Of a DNA stretch of 64,000 nt, positions 10,837-20,683 are shown piece after piece. The notes under the pieces were generated by a model. That model had not been told where the DNA came from, searched no databases, and worked only from the letters and a program-made list of their open reading frames with translations. Source of the stretch: Candidatus Latescibacterota bacterium. GTDB lineage: Bacteria; Latescibacterota; UBA2968; UBA8231. The stretch is taken from the NCBI GenBank assembly GCA_965203175.1, contig OZ241867.1, forward strand, positions 1,088,001 through 1,152,000, read 5' to 3'. The number at the start of each line of letters is the position of its first letter. Position 1 is the stretch's first letter. The translations under genes and the position numbers were made by a program.

Positions 10837-11712
10837 ATGCCCACAATGACTGTGAATGGCGCGTCCATTGTATATGAAGTCTTTGGTAACGGACCGCTGC
10901 TGGTATGGACGGAAGGGGGCCGCTTTGGTCGCAACGAATTGAGCTATTTGGTGGCCGGTCATTTTGCTCGTCAGTACTCCGTGCTGATTTGGGATCGGCG
11001 CAATGGATTTGGCGCGTCTGACGTCGCACTGGCGGATAGTCCGAGCTATGTGACTACAGACGTAGAGGATCTTCACGCTCTCCTGCGGAACTTAGAGCTA
11101 GGTCCCGCTTGTTTCGCTGGCGCGTCGGCCGGTAGCAGTTTATCGCTTTGGATGGCGCATCGATACCCGGAAGATGTAAAGTCGCTCATTCTATTTTCCG
11201 TACCCACTGACGATGTCGCATTGTTTAGACCAAGTGTACATAAGCACTGTTTTAGTCTCGCAGAAGTAGCGGAACGTAGCGGTATGCAAGCCGCGATTGA
11301 TGCGTCAACAGAGTCGTGGATCTGTGAACTGCAGGGGCAACCCTCTGAACGAGGCACTTGGTTGGCACAAACAATCTATCGGAATCCGAGCAATCGAGCG
11401 CGCGTCCTAGCGATAGATCCGCAGCTATTTGCCGCAACACTTCGTCGCTGGGGTACCTTCTTTTTCTCGATGAGCTGGCCCGCAGGACTGACCGAAGATG
11501 AGATACGCTCGATTTCTTTTCCCGTTATGATTGTGCCGGGTGACGATGAAATACATCCTCGACGAAGCGCTGAGCGACTCCTGTCTCTTTTAGATCAAGC
11601 GGAAATGGTAGAGTTTCCCGCTACAGTCCCTGCGGAAGCTGCGGTGATTGAGAAGTTTTATTCCGTCTTTCCAGCAATGGATGAATTTCTGACGCGGACA
11701 TTGTTTGATTGA
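10837..11712 (+). CDS. Alpha/beta fold hydrolase
   Basis: WDRRNGFGAS, GASAG nucleophile elbow; start set at MPTMTVNG. Confidence 0.8.
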   Translation: MPTMTVNGASIVYEVFGNGPLLVWTEGGRFGRNELSYLVAGHFARQYSVLIWDRRNGFGASDVALADSPSYVTTDVEDLHALLRNLELGPACFAGASAGSSLSLWMAHRYPEDVKSLILFSVPTDDVALFRPSVHKHCFSLAEVAERSGMQAAIDASTESWICELQGQPSERGTWLAQTIYRNPSNRARVLAIDPQLFAATLRRWGTFFFSMSWPAGLTEDEIRSISFPVMIVPGDDEIHPRRSAERLLSLLDQAEMVEFPATVPAEAAVIEKFYSVFPAMDEFLTRTLFD

Positions 11713-11835
11713 GCAATGATAAACCTTGCGTCATTTACAGGCCCCAAGGCTTTCGGCAAAGCATATCAATCACAGGCTGTATTTTCGTCCAGTATAACGT
11801 TTGTCGTTTAATGATAAGCGTTATATATTGTACGC

Positions 11836-12117
11836 ATGATACGATCCTTCAGAGATCGGGAAACCGAACGGATATTCCAGCGCATCCGATCGGGGAAGCT
11901 GCCTAGCGATATTCAACAGGTCGCCGTTCGCAAGCTTCGCATGCTCAATCGTTCAGTTACACTAGCTGATCTTCGAGTGCCACCAGCCAATCGCCTTGAA
12001 AAACTCCGCGGCGATCGGGCCGGCCAATACAGTATTCGCATCAATGATCAATGGTGTATCTGTTTCACTTGGCGAAATGGCGATGCCTACAACATTGAGA
12101 TCGTAGACTATCACTAG
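11836..12117 (+). CDS. higB: HigB (RelE-superfamily) toxin
   Basis: MIRSFRD...PPANRLEKLRGDRAGQYSIRINDQW...EIVDYH. Confidence 0.93.
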   Translation: MIRSFRDRETERIFQRIRSGKLPSDIQQVAVRKLRMLNRSVTLADLRVPPANRLEKLRGDRAGQYSIRINDQWCICFTWRNGDAYNIEIVDYH

Positions 12118-12129
12118 GGAGATAGACGT

Positions 12130-12435
12130 ATGTGTGCTCAGAAATTGGCTCCTGTTCATCCGGGAGAGGTCTTGTTGGAAGAGTTCCTCAAGCCGATGAG
12201 TCTCAGTCAGAACCACCTCGCACTTTCTATCGGTGTACCACCCCGACGTATCAATGAGATCGTGTTAGGGAAAAGAGGCATTACTGCTGACACCGCCCTG
12301 AGACTCGCTCGCTACTTCAACATGTCCCCCCAATTCTGGATGGGCATTCAGATGGACTATGCACTAGATATCGCAGAAGACGAGCTGGCGGACCGCTTGG
12401 AGCGAGAGGTGCGGCCGCGCCTAGAGAAGGGATAG
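12130..12435 (+). CDS. higA: HigA antitoxin (XRE HTH)
   Basis: PVHPGEVLLEEFL, ITADTALRLARYF; downstream of toxin. Confidence 0.93.
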   Translation: MCAQKLAPVHPGEVLLEEFLKPMSLSQNHLALSIGVPPRRINEIVLGKRGITADTALRLARYFNMSPQFWMGIQMDYALDIAEDELADRLEREVRPRLEKG

Positions 12436-12478
12436 GGCTATAATGGGAGGGTATCTGTAGTGCATAGGACCAACCAAC

Positions 12479-13225
12479 ATGAAGTCGCATAGATTCGTTG
12501 ACTATACATATCTGGAAATCAAGTCGCTTATTGACGCTGGGTGTTTGGCGATTGTACCCACTGGATGCACGGAGCAGCAGGGGCCACATTTGGCGGTGGA
12601 TTTCGACACTTGGTTTGCGGAAGCAGTCTCCCTAGAAGCTGCACAGCACGCGGCACGATGTCACGATGTGCGTGCTTTGGTTTTGCCGGCCATGCCTTTT
12701 GGACCCACGCCCGAGCATCGGGGCTTTGGCTCGGGCTATGTCAACATCCCACACTCTGTGCATGAAGAGTGCGTCTATTTCGTCCTTAAATCACTTGCAG
12801 AGCAGGGCTTTGATACTATCGTTGTCTGGCGCGGCTGCGGCGAGCATCGACTAGAGGAGGCAGTGGACAGGTTTAACGCAAAATTCCGCCCTCCATGTGT
12901 GGTCCATCTTCCTCCTCTGCCGTACCATGACATTTGGTGCCGTGTAGCTGATCCAAGTGTCTTGGGGGGACACGCCGACAGCTTCACGACCTCGATCGCT
13001 CTGTATCGGCGTCCAAACACGGTCCGACTCGACAGGATCCCGTCAACTAGCTCAAGGGAGGTGGACTGGAACGATCCGCATCTCGATTTCACGAAATATT
13101 CAGACACTGGTGTCATAGGCGACGCGAGCCAAGCGAGTGCCGAGTTGGGACGCCGGCTTTGGCAAGAGGTCATATCGACTACGGCAGCGATATTCAGAGA
13201 TTGTGGCTCGAATATAGAGCGTTGA
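12479..13225 (+). CDS. Creatininase-family protein (divergent metal site)
   Basis: PTGCTEQQGPHL, GHAD..TTS, GVIGD..ASAELG. Confidence 0.8.
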   Translation: MKSHRFVDYTYLEIKSLIDAGCLAIVPTGCTEQQGPHLAVDFDTWFAEAVSLEAAQHAARCHDVRALVLPAMPFGPTPEHRGFGSGYVNIPHSVHEECVYFVLKSLAEQGFDTIVVWRGCGEHRLEEAVDRFNAKFRPPCVVHLPPLPYHDIWCRVADPSVLGGHADSFTTSIALYRRPNTVRLDRIPSTSSREVDWNDPHLDFTKYSDTGVIGDASQASAELGRRLWQEVISTTAAIFRDCGSNIER

Positions 13226-13282
13226 CACCGCACGCCTGCCGATCTATACTGCACGCGTCTCGATTACATCATTGAAAAGCTC

Positions 13283-14293
13283 ATGATTATATCCCGAATA
13301 GCTATACATCAGCCCGCTGGTCTGTTGCGCATTCTGACCGATGCGGGCCTAGAAGGTCGCTGTACCGGAGTTGCGGCCACGGTCGCCGGGGCCGACGTGG
13401 CCGGAGCGGCCTCCATCCTCATCAATGCAAATCCCGTCGATCGCGAACGGATATGGTTGGCGTTCAACGAGGCGGACGGGAGCGTGCCTGCTGCTCTTCG
13501 CGCCTGTATCGATGTCGCCTTGTGGGACCTCACGGCTAGGATCGCTGGCCAACCGGTTCACCGACACGTCAACAGCTTTCGCAATCGCATTCCGGTGTGC
13601 AGAAGGTCGGAGCGCAATTCGGCGGAGGAGATCGTCGAGGAAGCACAGGAAGCGCAAGGTGCAGGCTTCCAAGCTTACAAATTCGACGCCCTTTTGGACG
13701 AAGAATCGCTCATCAGCCTGATACGCGACGTGCGCAGGGCCGTCGGACCAGATTTCTGCCTGTTGCTCGACGGCCGGGCGCGGTGGATTCTCGATCAAGC
13801 AATACGGATCGGCCGGGCGCTCGACGCTGCGGACTTTTTCTGTTTCGACCGGCCGCGGCCGGACAACGACATGTCCGGTGGCCGGCAGCTAGCCGCCGAG
13901 CTAGATACCCCGACCAGCACAGGCGTGTCCAGTCCCATGGAAACAGCCCAAGTCATGGCGGCCCAAGCAGCTGACCACGTTCGCACAGAAGTAGCCCGGG
14001 CCGGTGGCATGACGGATGTGTTCAAGGCCGCCCGCTGCGCCGAAGCCTTCGGGGCATACTGTCATCTAGACGGTTTAGGGACATGCGACGGTTTCGCCCA
14101 TCTGCATCTCGCAGGTGCCATCCGGAATACGCCTTTTCTGGAGGTGGCCGACGACACATCCGCTGCGCCGTTCATCGAGAATCCGCTGCAGATATGCGAT
14201 GGGTACATCGAGATTCCCGCTGCGCCGGGACTGGGCATGGAGATCGACATGGGCACCGTCAACGAGCACACCACAGAACTGATTGAGATCTGA
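13283..14293 (+). CDS. Mandelate racemase/enolase superfamily protein (degenerate)
   Basis: IDVALWDL, VRRAVGPD, PGLGMEID. Confidence 0.75.
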   Translation: MIISRIAIHQPAGLLRILTDAGLEGRCTGVAATVAGADVAGAASILINANPVDRERIWLAFNEADGSVPAALRACIDVALWDLTARIAGQPVHRHVNSFRNRIPVCRRSERNSAEEIVEEAQEAQGAGFQAYKFDALLDEESLISLIRDVRRAVGPDFCLLLDGRARWILDQAIRIGRALDAADFFCFDRPRPDNDMSGGRQLAAELDTPTSTGVSSPMETAQVMAAQAADHVRTEVARAGGMTDVFKAARCAEAFGAYCHLDGLGTCDGFAHLHLAGAIRNTPFLEVADDTSAAPFIENPLQICDGYIEIPAAPGLGMEIDMGTVNEHTTELIEI

Positions 14294-14311
14294 GGCGGAC
14301 TAGGACACCCT

Positions 14312-15499
14312 ATGCAGATTCGAGATGTTAAGTGTTACCTGTTGAAGGGCGAACCCGCGACGCGGCAGGAAAATTGCGGGGCCAGAGGAAGCATTGCCCC
14401 TGTGCCACCGGGTATCTCCGGCCTGCTTACCCACGACCAGGGATTTGGTGCCGCCGATCCCGAGGGATTTACGTTCACCGGGGAAGAGCCCGAGCCAACG
14501 TATAGCCTGATGCTCCGGCTCGTGACGGATGGAGACTTGGATGCATACGCCAACTATGCCACGGGTTTCGATCCCCGGGAACTAGAATGGCAGGCCAAGG
14601 CGTTTTTGGCCCGGTATGCCCACATGCTCATCGGCGTGGATGCCTTTGACCGGGAATACATCTGGCAGCGTTTCTGGATGGCCCAGCGATTCATGTACAC
14701 GGGCAGGGGGCTGCTCGACACCATCGACCGGATGTTGTGGGATCTGGCGAGTCGAAGCGCCCGTCTGCCGATCTACAAGCTGCTCGGGGCCTGCCGCGAA
14801 AGCGTCCCCGCCTACTGCAACGTCGGCGGCCGGACCATTGATGATCTGGTGGCCCACGCAGTGAAACGCGTGGAAGAAGAGGGATTCATCGGCTGCAAAG
14901 ATCACTCGTACCGAGGGGTAAAAGGCAACGGGGAGATGGCCAGGAAGCTGCGGGAGACGCTGGGCGACGATATCCTGCTCTTCCACGATGCCGTCGAGTC
15001 GTACACGGTCGAGGAGGCTATAAAAATCGGCCGTATCCTAGAAAAGTATCATTACAGGTGGATCGAAGAGCCCCTGCAGGACTACGATATCATGGGTCTG
15101 AAGAAGCTGTGCGACGCCCTCGATCTGCCGGTTCTGACTCTCGAGTGGATCGGAGCTATCGGCGGCCAACCCTACAATACGGCACCGTATTTGGCGCTAC
15201 AGGCCGCCGATATCGTCCGGCAGCGGGGTATAGGCATCACGGGCCAAGTCAAACAGGCCCAACTGGCCGAGAGCTTCGGCGTCGAGGTCCACGGTGGCGA
15301 TCCCCAGGTCATCTTGGCCATTGGCAACGATCCCGTCTTTGAAGCTATGGGCGTGCTGCCGCGTCCTCCCGAGGAGGAACTAGACTGCCGGGGTACGGTC
15401 GTCGTAGAAAATGGCACCTTATCGATAGCTTGGAGCGACCGTCCCGCGGTGGAACCAGACTGGGACGAACTGGCCCGGAGCGCCGTTGCCGTCATTTGA
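14312..15499 (+). CDS. Mandelate racemase/enolase superfamily protein
   Basis: IDRMLWDL, PIYKLLG, KDH, FHD, WIEEP, TLE. Confidence 0.85.
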   Translation: MQIRDVKCYLLKGEPATRQENCGARGSIAPVPPGISGLLTHDQGFGAADPEGFTFTGEEPEPTYSLMLRLVTDGDLDAYANYATGFDPRELEWQAKAFLARYAHMLIGVDAFDREYIWQRFWMAQRFMYTGRGLLDTIDRMLWDLASRSARLPIYKLLGACRESVPAYCNVGGRTIDDLVAHAVKRVEEEGFIGCKDHSYRGVKGNGEMARKLRETLGDDILLFHDAVESYTVEEAIKIGRILEKYHYRWIEEPLQDYDIMGLKKLCDALDLPVLTLEWIGAIGGQPYNTAPYLALQAADIVRQRGIGITGQVKQAQLAESFGVEVHGGDPQVILAIGNDPVFEAMGVLPRPPEEELDCRGTVVVENGTLSIAWSDRPAVEPDWDELARSAVAVI

Positions 15500-15677
15500 C
15501 TGCGGAACCATCCTACTAATCCGACTAAAGCCAACACGACCGAACCTGTTCGATCTAGGAGACTGCTGTGTCATAACAGCGAAGGCCTCCGATTTATCCC
15601 ACGCCCGCCAAAGCCTCGCCCAATTCCCGCATCTACCCCTCGTCCTCAGATTATTTCATTTGCAATAGGAGGGTATT

Positions 15678-16310
15678 ATGAGCAAGATCAACACAGCGGT
15701 GATAACCGGACAACATGCCTTTGATGTGCCGGGATTCCACGGGTTGTTCAGGAGCATTCCCGAAATTGATTTTTATCTACAGGATTTGGAGAACTTCGCG
15801 GCAGATGCTGGCAAAGTCCGGGAGCAGTACGACGTCCTCGTATTCTATAACTTCCATCGGCAGACGCCCGACGAGGGGAGAATCAGGGAAGCCATTGAAC
15901 AACTGGGTGAAAATCAGGCCGGTATATTAGTGCTGCACCACGCCATCCTTGCGTTTCCGCAGTGGCAATTGTGGTCGGATCTGTGCGGCATTCAAGATCG
16001 CAGTTTCGATTTTAAGGTTAACCAAAACCTGCATGTTGACGTCGTGGGTCCGCAGCATCCGATCCTCCGGGGATTGGCTCCGTGGGAAATGGTGGATGAG
16101 ACATATATCATGGCGGACCCAGGGGATGACAGCGATCTGTTGTTGACTACCGATCACCCTGAGAGTATGAAAACGCTGGCGTGGGCTCGACAGTACAAGA
16201 ACGCCCGCGTGTTCTGTTGTCAGTCGGGGCACGATAATCAGGTCTTTGCCGACCCAAATTTTCGCACGGTTATTGCGCAGGGAATTCAGTGGCTGGCGGG
16301 GAGGATTTAG
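15678..16310 (+). CDS. ThuA-like domain protein
   Basis: LVLHHA, HPIL, DETY, RVF...GHD, QGIQW. Confidence 0.8.
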   Translation: MSKINTAVITGQHAFDVPGFHGLFRSIPEIDFYLQDLENFAADAGKVREQYDVLVFYNFHRQTPDEGRIREAIEQLGENQAGILVLHHAILAFPQWQLWSDLCGIQDRSFDFKVNQNLHVDVVGPQHPILRGLAPWEMVDETYIMADPGDDSDLLLTTDHPESMKTLAWARQYKNARVFCCQSGHDNQVFADPNFRTVIAQGIQWLAGRI

Positions 16311-16317
16311 GGGCGGA

Positions 16318-17268
16318 ATGCGGACGTTGAGTATTCAAGGCTTACCTGATAAGAGCAGGCAGAAAGTCCTCGTCCACGATTGGCCTGAGCCGGAGGGCCC
16401 AACCGGCAACGAAGTCAAGACCGAGACGATCTACTCCGGGATAACAAACGGCACGGAACGCAATCAACTGATTGGCGGCAACTACGCTCCCAAAGATGAA
16501 CAACTGCCCACCGGCGGCAATGGCTACCAAAATGTGGGACGGGTGATTGAGGTGGGATCCGATGTCAGCAGACTACAGATTGGGGATGTGCTGTACATGA
16601 GTGCCCTCCACGCAGAGTACGTCGTGATGCCAGAAGACGGCTTGCTCATCAAGCTGCCCGACTCGATCGACCGCAAGGAGGCGGCGCTTTTCGGGATGAC
16701 CAGTGTCGCCATGCGCACCTGCCGCAATGCCGAGTTGCAGATGGGAGACCGGGTGTTAATCGTGGGGGCTGGCATCATCGGCCAGGTCGCCGCACAGATT
16801 GCTACTGGCATGGGAGCGCGCGTCGCGCTTTGCGACATCAATGCCAACCGTCTGGAGATTGCTAGGCAGATTGGTGCGGCTGAGACAGTTGTGAATGTTG
16901 CAGGGGACGGATGGGGAAAAGAGATCGCCGACGGGACGTTCGACGCGGTGATTGACTTTGCCGGCGTGCCGGGCATGGAGGATCAACTTATCAGTGCTGT
17001 GCGCCAGCGCGGCAGGGTGGTATTCATCGCTGGACGGGACAAAGTGACCTATACCTTTAACCTCGGTCAGGGACGCGAGATCCAGCTAAAACAAAACAGT
17101 CATTTTGATCGCGATGACCTGCAAAATCTGTGTCGTCTGGTCGATCGCGGGTCGGTGCAGATTGCGCCCTTAATCCGCGATGTCGTCCCGGTGAGCGAGG
17201 CCAAGCGCATCTATAATACACTGCGGGATACACCCGATGAACTGTTGGGGACGGTGTTTGTATGGTGA
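16318..17268 (+). CDS. MDR-family (zinc-binding alcohol dehydrogenase-like) oxidoreductase
   Basis: GYQNVGRVIEVG, GAGIIG Rossmann motif; start set at ATG 16318. Confidence 0.85.
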   Translation: MRTLSIQGLPDKSRQKVLVHDWPEPEGPTGNEVKTETIYSGITNGTERNQLIGGNYAPKDEQLPTGGNGYQNVGRVIEVGSDVSRLQIGDVLYMSALHAEYVVMPEDGLLIKLPDSIDRKEAALFGMTSVAMRTCRNAELQMGDRVLIVGAGIIGQVAAQIATGMGARVALCDINANRLEIARQIGAAETVVNVAGDGWGKEIADGTFDAVIDFAGVPGMEDQLISAVRQRGRVVFIAGRDKVTYTFNLGQGREIQLKQNSHFDRDDLQNLCRLVDRGSVQIAPLIRDVVPVSEAKRIYNTLRDTPDELLGTVFVW

Positions 17269-17307
17269 GGGGATTTGGTTGCCTCGCTTCTGGAGATTCA
17301 TGCCGTC

Positions 17308-17754
17308 ATGGTTGAGCTACCTTCGCACAAGCCGACCGGTTATCGCTGCCCGTTCTGTGCAATAGCAGGCGGCGCGGAATCCGAGTTCACGGCTTGGCGC
17401 GACGAGCATGTTCTGGTGCAGATTGCGCTGCACTGGAGTCCGGCCAACCCCGGCAAGGCGCTGGTGATCCCGCTGGCACACATTGAGAATGTCTACACGC
17501 TGCCCGACGAACTGGCTGGCCGCATCGCCCGCATGGTGCGCCGCGTGGCGGTTGCCATTCGCACTGGGTATCCCTGCGACGGCGTGACAGTGCGACAAAA
17601 CAACGAGCCGGCTGGCGGCCAAGACGTCTGGCATCTGCACACGCACGTGATCCCGCGGCACATCGGTGATGGAATGTATCTGGGAGTGCCCGTGCGGGCC
17701 GACGACCGCGACCGGGCGCGCTACGCGGACCGCCTGCGCGAGCTTCTTGGGTAG
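17308..17754 (+). CDS. HIT family protein
   Basis: CPFC and QDVWHLHTHVIP histidine triad. Confidence 0.9.
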   Translation: MVELPSHKPTGYRCPFCAIAGGAESEFTAWRDEHVLVQIALHWSPANPGKALVIPLAHIENVYTLPDELAGRIARMVRRVAVAIRTGYPCDGVTVRQNNEPAGGQDVWHLHTHVIPRHIGDGMYLGVPVRADDRDRARYADRLRELLG

Positions 17755-17870
17755 GACGCTGGCTGGGAGCTGATTAAGGGAGTACGTTGATGGACACTGG
17801 TTCTATAGACGCAAAGACGCTCCAACCGTACAGCGACGGTTGGAGCGTCTTTATGCGGGCTAGTGAGCCC

Positions 17871-18329
17871 CTATTCATTGCTGAGGGTAACTATGCCTGT
17901 CTTACCCTCGTACCCCATAGTAAAGTCTTTCAAAAAGGTCCTACCGATAAGGGCAGAATGAGGCTGACCTCCGGCGCGTAGATGGACACCTGCAAACCGG
18001 CCATATACCGTAAAGTTCAGGGTCGGTACGTAAATCTGAGCGAGATGAATATTGACTGTATCGGCCCCATGAACTCCGGCCACGTTTTGTCTATCGACAA
18101 CGGGTAGGTTGAGTACAAGAGCGAGGTGGGAATCGATACAGCTTTCTGTCGCGCCCGTATCCACTAAAGCAGGATGCTGATCAGGCGGTAGATTGGGTTT
18201 AGCACTGGCAATAGGTTGAAAGGCTGAATCGAAGCCGATATGTATCCATAGTGTGGGCCCGTAGAGTATTAATGCATCCCGACCAGACTGTCCCGTTTGG
18301 TCGTCAAACCCGCATTTAACCGTCGGCAT
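17871..18329 (-). CDS. Retropepsin-like (clan AA) aspartic protease
   Basis: ALVDTGA catalytic motif, ALIGRTFL. Confidence 0.85.
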   Translation of the reverse strand: MPTVKCGFDDQTGQSGRDALILYGPTLWIHIGFDSAFQPIASAKPNLPPDQHPALVDTGATESCIDSHLALVLNLPVVDRQNVAGVHGADTVNIHLAQIYVPTLNFTVYGRFAGVHLRAGGQPHSALIGRTFLKDFTMGYEGKTGIVTLSNE

Positions 18330-18567
18330 GGACGGGCCTATACAGCACGGAGGCAGGCAGTGTCATCGGTGGCTCTCCGACCCGCTTGATCAGGTATGGA
18401 CCGCGCCCGAAACGCTCTACGGCGTCTTGAGCGGCCTCTTCAAAAGACGAGTATATCTCGACTAGCTTCTCGTCATGAACCAAAACCCACTTACCGAAGT
18501 GGTCGGTTTCAAGCGCATCGCGAATGCGCTCATAGGCGGCAATTTCTTTGCTCAAAGTGGTGGTCAT
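18316..18567 (-). CDS. Small DUF5678-like protein upstream of aspartic protease
   Basis: HFGKWVLVHDEKLV...FEEA...YLIKRVG; AGGAG SD; overlaps protease start. Confidence 0.7.
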   Translation of the reverse strand: MTTTLSKEIAAYERIRDALETDHFGKWVLVHDEKLVEIYSSFEEAAQDAVERFGRGPYLIKRVGEPPMTLPASVLYRPVHADG

Positions 18568-18739
18568 GGCGGGGTCTCCTACTCTCGGTGTACCGTGAAG
18601 GTACTGGACGAGATAGAGGGGTGTCAATAAAAAGCAAGAACAAGAGAAAAGGACTTCGGGATATTTAGAGCAATATCCGTGCCTGTTTTGCGTACCAGTG
18701 CCAATACCTCGCTCTCGTCTAGTTGTCCGACCAGCCTCA

Positions 18740-20089
18740 TCAGGGCGCGACGACCCGCTTGAGTCGATCTTCGAAGTTATCGCTTATCCTGTATATCCAT
18801 TTGCGCCTACCCGTGTACTTGACGATTAATCCCAGCCCGTCGAGAGCACGGAGGTCGGTGCGTGCTGTCTCGTATGTGACGTTGTGGGATCGCCGGTGCC
18901 CATCTATGGTGTACGAGGCGTCGGGGTGCTTCAGCATGTGCCCCAACAGGGCCACTTGGCGATGGTTTAGCACCAAGGCCGCATCAGAACCGCGCAGCAT
19001 GGCCTCCAATCTGCTCGTCTCTCCGGTTTTGCGTGCCAAGTACGTGTGTAAGAAGTGGATCGAGTCTAGGATTACCCGCAGGTTGTAGTCGAGGAAATAC
19101 GTGACGTCGTTGTCGTCGATTTCGGAGAACACGTACGCGCGAACGTACTGAGCGGGTGCTCTCTGAATGACCGCTGAAATGGAAAGAAATTCGGTCAGCC
19201 AGTACCCCGATCTCGTCATGGACCAGTAGAACAGTGCTCGTGCGGTCCGTCCGTTTCCATCTACAAACGGATGGTCGTAGCCGACCATGAAGTGAAGGAG
19301 GATGGCCTTGACGACTGGATGCAGGAATGGATCGTCCCCTGTGCGTCCATTGGCGAAATCCAAGAGCAGTTCGACGCGGTCGCTGAGCTGACTAGCGTCC
19401 GGGGGCGTATGAACGACCTCGCCGTCGCGCTGGTCCACCACAGCGACCACGTCGGCCGGCCGCCGGAGCCGCCCGACTACATCCGGATCGAGTGTCCCTT
19501 CTATCAATGTCCTCTGCAGGTCCATGAACATAGGGACTGTCAGGTCTTCGTCGATGTTCTCGCGTAGAAACTCCATGCCCGAGTAGTTGTTGACGATCAT
19601 CCGTTCGCTGTTGTCGCGTGGCGGGCGGCCTGATCTCAGCATCTCCTTGGCAACCCGGCGGGTCGTGACGGCCCCCTCTAGCTGGCTCGACGTGATCGCC
19701 TCTTCGATTAGAGAGTTCATCAGATACCGTTCGCGGGAGCCGCTGTTGACCATGTCGCCGTGGGGGACCTCGATTCTCCCGCTCGCATCCCGGTCCACCT
19801 GATGAAGCTGGCGGTACAGGTTCCCTGTGTCGCTGAATGAGAATGGCCTGCCGCGAGTGTCCTTGAATGGCAGTTCGTGCCGCGAAACCATGCGCTTGAA
19901 CTTGACGGCAGTCCACCAGTCGAGGCTCGTAAACCCTTCCGGCGGGGGCAGGTGACGAAGCTGGTCCCAATGCAGGTACCTGTCCTTGGTCAGGCTGCCG
20001 ATGTCCGACCCCAGCAGCCTGACCAAATCATTTGGTTCGTACGACGAGACCAACTCGTCGAAAGGCTGCGGGTTTTGGGGCATTCTCAT
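18740..20089 (-). CDS. Fic family AMPylase (N-terminal inhibitory helix, C-terminal wHTH-like region)
   Basis: HPFVDGNGRTAR; SSQLEG inhibitory motif. Confidence 0.92.
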   Translation of the reverse strand: MRMPQNPQPFDELVSSYEPNDLVRLLGSDIGSLTKDRYLHWDQLRHLPPPEGFTSLDWWTAVKFKRMVSRHELPFKDTRGRPFSFSDTGNLYRQLHQVDRDASGRIEVPHGDMVNSGSRERYLMNSLIEEAITSSQLEGAVTTRRVAKEMLRSGRPPRDNSERMIVNNYSGMEFLRENIDEDLTVPMFMDLQRTLIEGTLDPDVVGRLRRPADVVAVVDQRDGEVVHTPPDASQLSDRVELLLDFANGRTGDDPFLHPVVKAILLHFMVGYDHPFVDGNGRTARALFYWSMTRSGYWLTEFLSISAVIQRAPAQYVRAYVFSEIDDNDVTYFLDYNLRVILDSIHFLHTYLARKTGETSRLEAMLRGSDAALVLNHRQVALLGHMLKHPDASYTIDGHRRSHNVTYETARTDLRALDGLGLIVKYTGRRKWIYRISDNFEDRLKRVVAP

Positions 20090-20169
20090 GGCCGAAGTCG
20101 CGCTTCTATCTGATGGGGATCGGCGGCGAAATGGCGTGAGTTGCTACTTCAGGAGGACGAAATACTAAT

Positions 20170-20200
20170 TAATTACTAATTTAGTCAAAATTAGTAATTA
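20170..20200. promoter_or_regulatory. 13-bp AT-rich inverted repeat, candidate operator between fic and thioesterase
   Basis: TAATTACTAATTT-AGTCA-AAATTAGTAATTA. Confidence 0.55.
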
Positions 20201-20236
20201 GCACAAGCGACGGTCTTGTGCTACTGTTGGGTTAGT

Positions 20237-20650
20237 ATGAAAAAGATCGAGTACATAAAGCCTATCTATACGTATGAGATCGATTTTGGGCAGCACGTCA
20301 GCAACATTGCATATGTCCAGTGGATGGAAGTGGGCCGTCTCAAGTTGCTGGAAGAGGTGGGGCTTCCCGTTCACGAAGTTAAACTGAAAGGCTTCGTTCC
20401 GGCCTTAATACGAACCGAAATCCGCTATAAGAAGCCTTTATTCATAGGTGATGAGGTCAGGGTGGTTTTGTGGATATCGGAGCTGAAAAACGCGTCGGCT
20501 ACGATGCGCTTTGAGTTTTATAACCAACTGAATGATATCGTGGCAGAAGGGGAACAAGTGGGGTTATTCATTAAGGTGGATAGCCAGCGGCCGCATAAGC
20601 TATCAGCGTCGGACCGCGCGCGATTCGAGCCTTACGTTGCAAAGGGTTAG
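20237..20650 (+). CDS. Acyl-CoA thioesterase (4HBT/YbgC-like)
   Basis: YEIDFGQHVSNIAYVQWME hotdog motif. Confidence 0.88.
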   Translation: MKKIEYIKPIYTYEIDFGQHVSNIAYVQWMEVGRLKLLEEVGLPVHEVKLKGFVPALIRTEIRYKKPLFIGDEVRVVLWISELKNASATMRFEFYNQLNDIVAEGEQVGLFIKVDSQRPHKLSASDRARFEPYVAKG

Positions 20651-20683
20651 AACCGGCTGGGCCCTCGTCCCTAGGAAGCAGTC

